A stretch of DNA of 64,000 bases, taken from NCBI GenBank assembly GCA_951406725.2, contig OX597817.1, forward strand, positions 17,422,001-17,486,000. The letters are read 5' to 3'. Below are positions 53,084 through 64,000 of the stretch, in pieces (within the stretch, counting starts at the first letter, position 1; every line of letters starts with the position of its first letter). Position numbers and translations under genes: made by a program. The notes under the pieces were generated by a model. That model was given only the letters and a program-made list of their open reading frames with translations, was not told the DNA's origin and ran no database searches. Origin of the DNA: Octopus vulgaris. Its lineage: Eukaryota.

Positions 53084-53656
53084 TGTTCTGGCAGGTTACT
53101 GGATGATAATTTTTACTTCAGATAATTTAGGTACTTTTTGTAATAAGTTGAGTAATAGCAATTCTCAGCCATTATCTAACATATCCCAGATGCTTTTCCA
53201 AACTGTTACCAAATTTAAGCAATAAAGGGTGAGATTTTTTTAAACTCAAATCCTGTTATTATCAGATCTTAGCCTAGAGGTTTTCTGTTTACCATCTTCT
53301 TTAAGAGTGTTTCCAGTATGGCAGTATTACTTTCCTATTGTTTTTGTTTAACATATTTGCAGTGGCCCTTTTCTAGTTCTTCCAGTAGCTTTCAGTTTGT
53401 CCTTTTAACAGGGGTGTCTCTTACAAAGATGGAACTGTTTAATTTGAAGTTACTGGTTTGGAATCTCTAGCAAACAATCTATTCAACATTTGACATTCAC
53501 AATATGCAGATTTATATTTTGGATTTTCATTTGTCTGTAAGTTCTTGGTTTCAGGTGATGTAGTTTGTAATTCACAATTTTAACTTTTCTGTCTCTAAAC
53601 TACTTCTCTAATATCTTTATACATTTCTGGTATTTTAGTGTCTGTGTTATATTTAA

Positions 53657-53954
53657 CTAGCAGTATCGCCTGGCGTTGCTCGGGTTTGTAAGGGAAATAA
53701 CTATATAAGCATTTATAGAGTTACTTCCCTTATATAAACCGAGCGAAAATGCATTAAAAATGCGGAAAAATTATGGTAAATTTTTTTTTAAATCGTAGAC
53801 TCATCATAGATGCGCGCTAATACCCAGAAGGGCTCGATATGAATCACGACTATAAGATACCTGCTTTTGGTTAAACTGCACCACAAAATGTGGGAGTAGT
53901 TAGGAATCTAAATCGTAGGAGACAGACACACAACTTCACTTTTATATATAAAGA
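53657..53954 (-). mobile_element. Non-autonomous Helitron (shorter variant)
   Basis: Same termini as 52698-53083 with one fewer internal repeat. Confidence 0.85.
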
Positions 53955-54755
53955 TAACTCTCAGAACCTCTAAGATGTTTCTTTGTAGAAATAAAACCAT
54001 TGTCATCTTTATCATCAATATCATTGTTTTAACGTCTACTTTTCCATGCTTGCATGGGTCAGAGTTTATAGAGACATATTTTCTATGGCGACATGCTCTT
54101 CCTGTTGCCAACCCTCACCTGTTTCCAGGCAAGGTAGTATTTCCTCATGGCCAAACATGTTTGCTTAGAATACTGGAAATGAATGACACTGCTTGTATTA
54201 CAATGATACTCATTTACGAGTGTATCTTTGTGTATCCAATTAAGGATCTAATTTGTGTCTGTTGCAAGAAACTTCAATACATGGTCCAACCATCGGAAGT
54301 ATTTTCTAAAATGATGACCGACACATTTCATAAGCAAATGAAAGAGTGTCTTTGTAATTGCTTGACCTTCTACAAATAGCTGTCAAACTATCTTTAAAAA
54401 AAACAAGCAAAAGAAAACAAAGGGGTACATTAGATAATGTTACCCTTGACATTCAAATAGACAGGATGGCCATAACTGAAATGTGTTTGAACTTAGATAA
54501 GGTCAATGAAGGGTGACTTAGAGCTAAACAACAAATCATTCTCTTTATAGATAAGAAACGAATAGCAAAGACAGTTGGAACAAAAACATAAATAACAACA
54601 AAATTTCACCTTTTTTTTTGTGATTAAAAAGAAAAAAAAATTGTTACCTCAGAAATATATAAAAGGTATGTCAGTGGTGTTCAAGCTGACAGGTTCAGCA
54701 AATAGTGACGGGAAATCTTGCTCTTTTGTTTCTACAGCTTCGCTGGCATCACACT

Positions 54756-54833
54756 TGACCTCATGGTGACTGCTGGCCTCGTGGTGACCACTGGCCTTGT
54801 GGTGACCACTGGCCTTGTGGTGACCGCTGACCA
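54756..54833. repeat. 18-bp minisatellite, about four units (tggccttgtggtgaccac)
   Basis: Direct observation. Confidence 0.85.
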
Positions 54834-55206
54834 CTTTTGAAAATAAATATGGCTAAAATCAAATCACGAAGCTTTTCTGAATTTTTTAAATTTTGCCCAC
54901 AAAGGGGCAAAATTTTGTGTAGATGTTATTCAAGGTTTGGATTGGATGTTGTTGCACAACTTTTAGACACAAAATGTTTGACAATAAACACTTTTAAACA
55001 TACAAAATGACCAACTTACTTGCGTCCGTCATAGATAAAAAGGTAATCTGTTTCATGATTCTATTTTGCAGCAATGTCGATCAAGTGGCTGTCATGAATC
55101 CAGGAAGTCTACCTCTTCTTCTGTCCACTGTCCAGCAGCCCATTTTCAGTAAATTTCCTAATACCAACACTTCGTCACTTGCTACAGAGAAAGTAAACAA
55201 CAGTTA

Positions 55207-55369
55207 ATGGTGGCCATGTATCTATTACGCCGTATCCTACATATGGACAATTACAAGTCAAGACAGGGAGCTGAAACCGAGTGTAGTAAGCTAACACTCC
55301 GGTTTGGCAAGAAGGGCCGAGGTCGTAACTGCTTCAATATGCCCTGCGGAATTGCTGTAACAAAATCTG
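55207..55369 (+). CDS. NHL-repeat protein, coding exon 1 (exon probably starts at the acceptor 55071/55072)
   Basis: LRFGKKGRGRNCFNMPCGIAVTKSG is the start of an NHL repeat; donor CTG|GTGAG is phase 1 and joins exon 2 in frame; in-frame stop at 55159. Confidence 0.85.
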
Positions 55370-55559
55370 GTGAGAAATATTTAATTCTGTTCCACAAGAA
55401 TGTTTTATAGTTGAATTCATCTTTCATTTTTCTAAAATTTTACTATTTCATAGCCTCTTACAGTTAGACCCAAGATAGATGAATGAGATTAATGATTAAA
55501 AATTTGAAGGACGAATATCATTAAAACATTGATGGCTACAAGAAAAACGTGGGTATAAA

Positions 55560-55800
55560 TAGAAGATTTGGGATGATCATTAGTGTAGGAGAGCTACAGA
55601 ATGGAACAAAGAGAGATGGATGTGTTCAAGTGTGTCCAGATAGAGGTCGTATGCTACTGGCTGTCTCCAAGGAGTGGAGTTACTATAGTTGAAGTAGTGT
55701 GAAGAGATAGCGTGTCTGTGGGCTTGATGTTGGCGTATGTTGGTGAGTAAGTCCTTGCTAATTAGCCAGATGCTTTCTTTTGAATGCTGATTCATGAAAC
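55560..55800 (-). mobile_element. Decayed Penelope-like RT fragment
   Basis: IKPTDTLS resembles the PLE YxKPTDxxxYL motif; next to a hammerhead palindrome. Confidence 0.4.
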
Positions 55801-56108
55801 AGATTAAAATAAATCTATGATAGTTTTGATAGAACTGTTATAAATAAATGTCTATCTTTATATATATATATATATAGAGAGAGAGAAAGTTGAGGTTATA
55901 AGAGATAATGGTGTCATTGAGACCCAAAGGTATCAGGTAATGCTGAATAAGTGCTATAGACAGACCATAGTTAAGTTCCAGGTTTGGTAATTTTGCGAAT
56001 AAGGAGTTCAACATTGGTTCTATGTCAGCGTGTGTATATAAGAATTTTTTGCAGAATAAAATAAAAAAACCAAGGCTGTGTAGATATTAGAGCATTTATA
56101 GATAGAAG

Positions 56109-56160
56109 GTCTTACAGCTGTTTCTAGGATATTTATTAATTATATCCCTTCATCAGAGAC
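56109..56160 (-). ncRNA. Type I hammerhead ribozyme motif (family 3) in a head-to-head palindrome at 56036-56296
   Basis: gtct-CTGATGA-agggatat...atatccta-GAAA-cagctg-TA-agac. Confidence 0.7.
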
Positions 56161-56288
56161 GGTCTCCAATGAAGGGATATAATTAATAAATATCCTAGAA
56201 ACAGCTGAAAGACCTTCTATCTATAAATGCTTTAATATCTACACAACCTTGGGTTTTTTTTTCTTATTATGCTTATTATGCAAAAATT

Positions 56289-56349
<61 letters not shown>

Positions 56350-56563
56350 TTGAAGATGGTCTTCCTCAGAATATGTATACAGCTCAGCAAGACAATTTTC
56401 TGGAGTTCTTATTAGGAGACATCTCTTTATCATAAGCACCATTCTTAGTTTCATGTTCTTTATTGTCAATATTTCTACTTCCTTATCCTTGATTTTAGAG
56501 AGATTTTTTAGCCTGGAAATATGAGATTAGATGTTATATTAATTAGTCCATTTATTCTTTCAG

Positions 56564-57363
56564 GAGACATCGTTGTGGCTGACTCTGAAAACCACAGGGT
56601 ACAAATATTTACAAGTGAAGGGATCCTAAAAATAAAATTTGGAAGCAAAGGAATAAGACCTGATCAGATTAACTACCCAATGTGTTTGGCAATGACAAAT
56701 GAAGAAAACATTGCTGTAACAGACAGTGTGAATGCTTGCATCAAAATTTTTACTCAAGAGGGCAACTTAGTCCAAGTATGTGGTAGCAGCAAGTTCTTTG
56801 AGTTCCCTTATGGTCTTGCTATCAGTCCTGATGGAGACTTTGTTGTCACAGACATCTGCAAACATTGTGTTACTGTGATGACCAAAAATGGTGATTTCAG
56901 TCACAGTTTTGGCTCTTATGGAGACAGTGCACGCGATTTTGACCATCCTTATTTTGTTACCGTCAACAAGCAAAAACAGATCTTGGTGAGTGACTCGGGA
57001 AATAGTTGTATAAAATTATTCCGATTTGATGGTCATCTCCTTAGAAGTTTCACTTTACAAGACTTTCATTTGTCAGTTGAATGCTATGCAAACCTACAGG
57101 GAATGTGTTCAGACGCCGATGGCAACACATTAGTTATCTGTAACAGTACAATCTATATCTTGGCCAAGAATGGACGCTTATGGGAAGTAATTACACCAAA
57201 GGATGGTCTGACTACACCAAAATGTGTGAGTTATTGTAATAATGGTTTTCTTGCAGTCACTCAATCTGGTTATAATGAAATCCATGAAGTTTGCCTTTTC
57301 GATTACAACAAAGATGATTACAAATCTTTAAACACACTGCTGTATTATGCTATCGATATTTGA
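56564..57363 (+). CDS. NHL-repeat beta-propeller protein (TRIM2/3/71-like NHL domain), last coding exon; 320 aa when spliced
   Basis: Repeated NHL motifs (DIVVADSENHRVQIF, YPMCLA, FPYGLAI, FGSYG..DFDHPYFVTV); acceptor ttattctttcag at 56563. Confidence 0.93.
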
Positions 57364-57964
57364 ACATAACATTACACATTGACAATAATTTTAACATGCT
57401 TCTTCTTCTTCTTCTTCTTCTACTCCTTCTTCTTTTTCTTCTTCTTCTTCTTCTTTTAAATTATTCTTATTTTTATTTTTCATATATAAATCAAAATTAT
57501 TTGTTCCATTAAGAAAGAAAAAACAAGTGGTTTGTGTGTGCGATTGTGCGAATGTATGCATGTGTGTGTAAATGCATGTATGTGTGTGTACATGCTATAT
57601 ATATATATATATATATACATACACACACGCTATATCTCCATGTATATTGAGAATTGGGAGCAATGAAATTTTTTTTTTTTTTTAAATCAACTGACTTGCA
57701 ATTCAAAATCAGTTATGAGTTGTTTTGTTTGATTTTGTTTGTTTTTTGTTCACTTTTTATATATTGAGTTTTATTTTTCAAAAAATCCATGTACATAAAT
57801 GGATATATATATACCAACAATTTATAATGTTTATGTATATTTCTGTAAGAAAATGTATTTATCATATGTTAATTTTTATTCCTGATATTTTTTTTTGTAG
57901 AAAAGTATCAGTTTAATATTTTTCAAAAATGTTATAAATTTGTTTATTTTAGAAAATATATATA

Positions 57965-57970
57965 AATAAA
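57965..57970 (+). terminator. Candidate polyadenylation signal AATAAA
   Basis: ~600 nt after the stop in a U-rich 3' UTR; AT-rich context makes it weak. Confidence 0.3.
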
Positions 57971-58219
57971 AGTTTATATTTTGTATATTATACTTGATTT
58001 AAAGAGAAACCAAACTAAAATGTGTGTATGGATGGAATTGTATACGTCTAAGATTATGTTGTTTTTCGAGTGTATATATGTTTGTGTGGTGTACAAATAG
58101 CACATTTGTGTTTTTATATATTCATACATGCACCCACGTATATACATGTGTGATATATGTATATATATATATATACATACACACACACATAAATACATAA
58201 TTTTCTCACACCCACACAC

Positions 58220-58735
<516 letters not shown>

Positions 58736-60080
58736 AAGATATACTCTTACATATGTAATAATATATTTCTTTTTATGTATGCATGTGTAAGAGTCTGTGC
58801 ATGAATGTGATAGCAAAAGTTAAAGTTCTTTGAGATGACATTTGTTTGATATCAGTGTGATAGTTTTAAAATAATTATATATATATATTGATACAAGATA
58901 TATAGGTCAAAAGTTTAAAGAATAAAATTATATGTGTGTATGTGTGTATATATGAATCTGAATGAAAACTTCACTTACCATTATTAGTAGTATCACATTT
59001 TCAAATCTTCAGACAGTTGTGGAAGTCTGTATATTTTCATAAGAAATGTAATTCTTCCTGTGAAGGAATATATAGAGCTTTTCTTGTTTCATCTAAAGAT
59101 TGAAAATATGAAACTATTTGTCGTGGTTAGTGAAATAAATAAAATTCTACATCATTTTCTTATTTTGTATTTGATACTCTCTTTTTGCCTCGTTTGCACA
59201 ACATTATTTTTATTATTTTTTTTTCCCAAAACATACATAAGTACCTATATATACTAAAGGTGTAGCTGTGTGGTAAGAATTTTCCTTCCCCACCACATGG
59301 TTCCAAGTTCAATCCCACTGCATAGCTCCTTGGGCAGTATCTTCTACTATAATGTATAGCCGCAGGCCAACCAAAGCCTCGATAGTGGATTTGGTAGACA
59401 GAAACTGAAAGAGGCTTATTTTGTGTGTGTGTGTGCGTGTGTAGAGTTGCCATATTTCATTCCATAATGGTTACCTCTGAAGAGCAAAGGGCTACATAAT
59501 CAGACAGTTATTTACCACTCCGTTGAACCCCTGGTGCAAAACTGATTGGTAAGATCAGCCATAATGCATACATAATACTGTACACTTCAATTGATATATA
59601 TATATATAAACTTTAACAAGGAAAAGATCGACAGAGGGACAGTGGCTTTGAAATTTTGGCTGTCTAGCTTACCTTATGAGCAAGCCAACACTTTGAAGTC
59701 ACTGTCAACCTTTTCCTTATAAAAGTTAATAAATATGCATATATATATATATATATATTGTTGCCTTTATATACACATACTTGAGGATGTGCCAAGCTAC
59801 CTTAATGAATTTCAATGTAGAAGCCACACTAAACCTCCATGTTTGTCAAATGCATTGTATTGGTTGGGATAATTATGGAGTCAGGCTATCATGTTGTAAG
59901 AACAATTTGGTTTAATATTTATTTACAGATCATCTTCATCAGATAAAAAACATCAAAATATAAAATCAATTGCAAGCATGGAAAAGTGGACATTAAAATG
60001 GTGATGATGATTGATATATATATTTAAATCTGTATATATAATACATATATATGCAAATATGTATATATAAAATATTCATA

Positions 60081-60290
60081 TTTACATAGATATGTGTGTG
60101 TGTACCATTGGCGATTTTTTTTTCCTCTGTCTTCCCTTCTCTGGATCTTTCCTTCTCCTATGTTTCCGATGAAGAGCTCCGCTCGAAACATTAAACCCTC
60201 CTTCTTTCCTTCTTTCCTGAGCGTCCAATAATACTATATTTGTTCCACATCTTCGCGTTGTGTTTTTTTTTTGTGCTTTCTTGTTTGGAT

Positions 60291-60295
<5 letters not shown>
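60081..60295 (+). mobile_element. Family 2 hammerhead element
   Basis: gtttCCGATGAagagctccgctcGAAAcattaaac followed by (TA)n. Confidence 0.75.
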
Positions 60296-60326
<31 letters not shown>

Positions 60327-60822
60327 AGCATGGACAATGGGCATTGAACAATCATGATATCCACATAGATACATGCATATATATGATATACATTAGCTTA
60401 CCATTTTTATAAATATTCTTTCTTCAATGCATATTAAGCACTCTTCTCTCATTGCTTCATACTATTTACAAATACATTATAGTATTATGTGAATGGTTAT
60501 AAGGATAGGTATCTAGTAATTAATTCAACTGATCACAACAATTAGTTTACCAATTCGTATTACGAGATATTAATGCTGAATATAGAGAAATAAGTGCTGT
60601 AGGCTGGAGTTATCTTGGACAGTGTCAGGAAGTAATGAAAGAAAAGAATAGTAGAAAATAGATTCTTAAATGAGATATGTAGAAATTTAGAAATTTAATA
60701 TTTCAGATTCTTAAATAATTGAAAGAATTAAATATACATAATCAACAAAACAACTGATAAGATTAATTATATATCTGATTTCACAATACATACGTATAAA
60801 TAAATATATATATATACACACA

Positions 60823-61693
60823 CAGGTTGTAGTGAATAAATTGTTGTCTAAATTAACCAAAAATGAAAATAACACTGACATCTCATATTAACAGATATAT
60901 TTCCCAAAATTACATAAAAATATTTCGAAATACTAAAGAGTAAATTTTTTCGATAAAATCGCCATTGGCTTCAACCATGGCTTCCAGACGACTTCGGAAT
61001 CTCCTGCAACTTTTCTGGATGGTCTCCTTCTTTAATTTGGTAAATACTGCCATAATCCTTGCCTTCAGTTCATCCTTGGTGTTACAAGGAGTTTTGTTGG
61101 TCTCTCGCTCAACTGCACCCCAAACATAATGATCAAGGGAGTTGTAGTCTTGGGAGTTAGGTGGCCATATGTTAGGGGTGATGTGGTCGCAGAAATTGTC
61201 TGATAGCCATGGCTGGCTTCTCCTGCTTGTGTGACATAGTGCAGAGTCCTGTTGCCAGACATAGGGTCTCACAGCAACCTCTCTCTTGTTCGAGGGCAGC
61301 ACTACCACCTCCAGGTACTTGATGTAGGCTTCTGTGTTGAGTCTCAGGCCATGTGGGAAGATGAATGGAGGCATAACGTCATCATCACCAGTGATCACTC
61401 CAAACACCATGATGTTGACTGGATGTTTGATTTTTATCACTTTCAGTACCTGTCCTCAGATTGACACCCAAACTCTCTGAAATTTTTGTATTGGAGCTTC
61501 TGGCATGAATGCCATGTAGTACAACATGTCATTTCTAAATTTATGGCAGAGTGAATTGTATCACGGTGCTTTTTTCCTCACAGACAGTGCCCAACTGACC
61601 CTACTATACTGTGTAGTTGACAAAATCAAAAACAAACAATGTGCATGTGTAAAATTAAAAATATAAAATGGCGACAATTTACCTATCACACTA
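60823..61693 (-). mobile_element. Internally deleted DD37D (maT-type) Tc1/mariner transposon
   Basis: ORF 60910-61440 has WQQD, 37 residues, then D (WPPNSQDYNSLD); degenerate TIRs at both ends. Confidence 0.88.
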
Positions 61694-62011
61694 TAGATAT
61701 ATATATACATACACACAAACATATTTCATTTGTTTAATGTCTGTTTATTCCATGCTAGCATGTTGTTAGATGGTAAGTTTATATGTGGTTGGATTTTACA
61801 GCCAGACACTTTTCCTGTTGCCAAACCTTACCAGTCTTTCAGGTGAAGATTTTTCTGTATTTTTACTTCAGATGTCTTCAAAACAATTGAATGATGAATC
61901 ATGAATGTTAGGATCATCACCATTTCTCTCAAGCAGTAACAAGCTTGTAATATCAATATTCACAGACATTCATTCATACATAGACACACATGCACAGATA
62001 TATAATGTATA

Positions 62012-62042
<31 letters not shown>

Positions 62043-62742
62043 GTATGTATGTATAATACGATCTTTTTTAAATAGTAATGGTACTTGATGGTAATAGAAG
62101 CCACTTAATGAATTATAAATGGAAACTAAATTTAGGAAAATGTTTAAACTAAAACGAAAATGCTTTTAAAAATCTGAAAATTGAAAATATCTTTCTTGCC
62201 ATAATTTATTTTCATTTCACTGACATGATAGTATGGAATTTGAGGATATTTTTTTGCTGTATGTTAACAGAGAATGATTAATGACTATCTGTTCTTAATG
62301 CAGTAGGTACACTAAGTGACATAAATATATATGTATATGTATATATGTCAATAATAATAATAATAATACACACCAGCACATTTAAACAGATGAATTAACA
62401 TATATAATATATATATATATAAATGTATGTATGTGTGTGTGTTCATTTGTTTGTGGATATAATGTCTGTTATTCCATGCAATAGCTGGGAAGATATTTGA
62501 GGCAGGATTTTTATGATTGGATGCTCTTTCTGTCTTCAAACCCTTACATGCTTTTCAAATAATAGCTTTTTTTTTTGCAGAGGAATTTGAATGCATAGTG
62601 CTAGCGGACAATTTGTAGACAGGAAATGTCGGCAAATGGTTCTCTCTCTCTCTCTCATATATATATACATACACACACATATTTATTTATATATAACTTC
62701 CAGAATTTGGATGGTTTAGATGCTTGTGACATGCAAATTTAA

Positions 62743-62948
62743 CCTTTTTATTATGATATAATATTTCTGTCTAAATTTATTTTGAAAATAAGAATTTAGT
62801 AAATTAGCTTTGTCATTATTAAATTGATGTTTGAAATGTATATCAACATAAACATTTAATAAGCAGGTTTTTAATTTAGGTCACTTCAAAACATGAAGTT
62901 TCTATCCTAGAACCACAAGCACCCTCAGGTGGGTTGGTATCAAAAGGG
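62743..62948. mobile_element. Diverged piggyBac-type MITE
   Basis: ttaa|cctttt...aaaaggg|ttaa and family body. Confidence 0.6.
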
Positions 62949-63271
62949 TTAAATTGACACAGTGCCTGTTGTGATAGTAAAAAAAAACCAGAAACAGACT
63001 TAGTTAAGGCAACAATGAAACTTATGATATTCTCATCATTTTTACGTTTTAATTTTAAATGATTTTATCAGCGATTACCAACTTATCTTTTAAGCAGATT
63101 AATTTGATGGCATTATGTAAAATTAGTTGTAATTGTCTCTCAAAGTATTAATTTTAGAGAGATGTCATCAGTCTGATCTTATTGAATACATGCAGAACTC
63201 AAGCTTTTCTAATCAACACTGTTAGAAATTCAACAATTGGTTATAAGAACTCTCTCTCCCCCTTTTTCACA

Positions 63272-63336
<65 letters not shown>

Positions 63337-64000
63337 GATGGATAGATAGATAGATAGAAATAAATATTTAGTAGAATATGCCAGTATACATCTGGAAAGA
63401 CCATAGTTTAAATAAGTATTCTTAATCATATATGTATGTATATGTATGTATGTATATATGTATGTATGTATGTATATATACATGTATATGTATATCTGTA
63501 TACACTTGCACACACACAGTCATGTTGAGTGTCATAATGATGTAGAGTTTCATTTAAAATTCTTTAAAAAAAATGTAAGAATTTCTGTTGAATTCTTCAT
63601 TGCCCAATTATTTTGGTTCTTTCAAAATTCAAAATTTTGTTGTGTTCAGTCATATAGTTCAGTTATTTTTATAAATTATTCAAACAAGTTATGTTTTGAA
63701 AACGTATTATCAAAACAAGCCATTTTGCTAACAAAATTGCTTTTTTACATTTTGTCTCACAAAATATTGCAACAGTTTGTTATGAACATGTTTTTTTTAA
63801 AAATATGAATTTTTTTTTTTTAATATTTGGTTTTTGATTATTGTGATTTTTTTGATGTTGTTAATATTCTTAACAAAAATTTCCCGTTTGATTTTGATGC
63901 AGACTTAATAAACTTCAAATTAGTTTGCTCAGAGCATAATCTAATATTTTGATTAGCCCAAATTTGCTTCTGAAATTCATCAGCCGAAATTTATACCAAT

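Noticed and set aside
50900-53620. Possible old CR1 LINE underlying the nested insertions
   Set aside because: Only faint motif traces; boundaries cannot be supported by eye
54756-54833. CRISPR-like array
   Set aside because: Plain 18-bp tandem repeat without spacers, in eukaryotic DNA
56521-56563. ATG at 56521 as the NHL gene start
   Set aside because: Lies in intron sequence before a strong acceptor; the upstream exon supplies the missing half of the first NHL repeat in the correct phase
57790-57797. Pumilio element TGTACATA in the NHL 3' UTR
   Set aside because: Expected by chance in such TA/TG-rich sequence; needs conservation evidence
59895-59945. Minus-strand CTGATGAAG as a hammerhead
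   Set aside because: Too degenerate; stems and GAAA cannot be formed

Overview
Eukaryotic, AT-rich, repeat-dense DNA. The SINE, RTE and (TA)n landscape fits an octopus/coleoid cephalopod genome (inference). The one well-supported protein-coding gene is on the + strand: a ~320-aa stand-alone NHL-repeat beta-propeller in two coding exons (55207-55369 and 56564-57363). Its probable first exons lie in a CpG-retaining zone at ~15.6-18.8 kb, implying a ~36-kb first intron. A divergent minus-strand gene may start at ~4.7-8.6 kb. The rest is mobile DNA: tRNA-derived SINE families, RTE and CR1 LINE remnants, DD37D (maT) Tc1/mariner remnants, Helitrons, hAT, piggyBac and Merlin-like MITEs, and Penelope-like remnants. 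A 4-kb duplication across a 100-N gap is probably an assembly artefact. The most notable signals are (i) three unrelated families of type I hammerhead ribozyme motifs in short (TA)n-associated Penelope/retrozyme-like elements, two of which may have an ancestral CCGANGA core; (ii) many fold-back palindromes and templated insertions, including a MITE whose flank is inverted-duplicated; (iii) one SINE head carrying three different 3' modules; (iv) a uORF whose stop overlaps the NHL gene start (TAATG).
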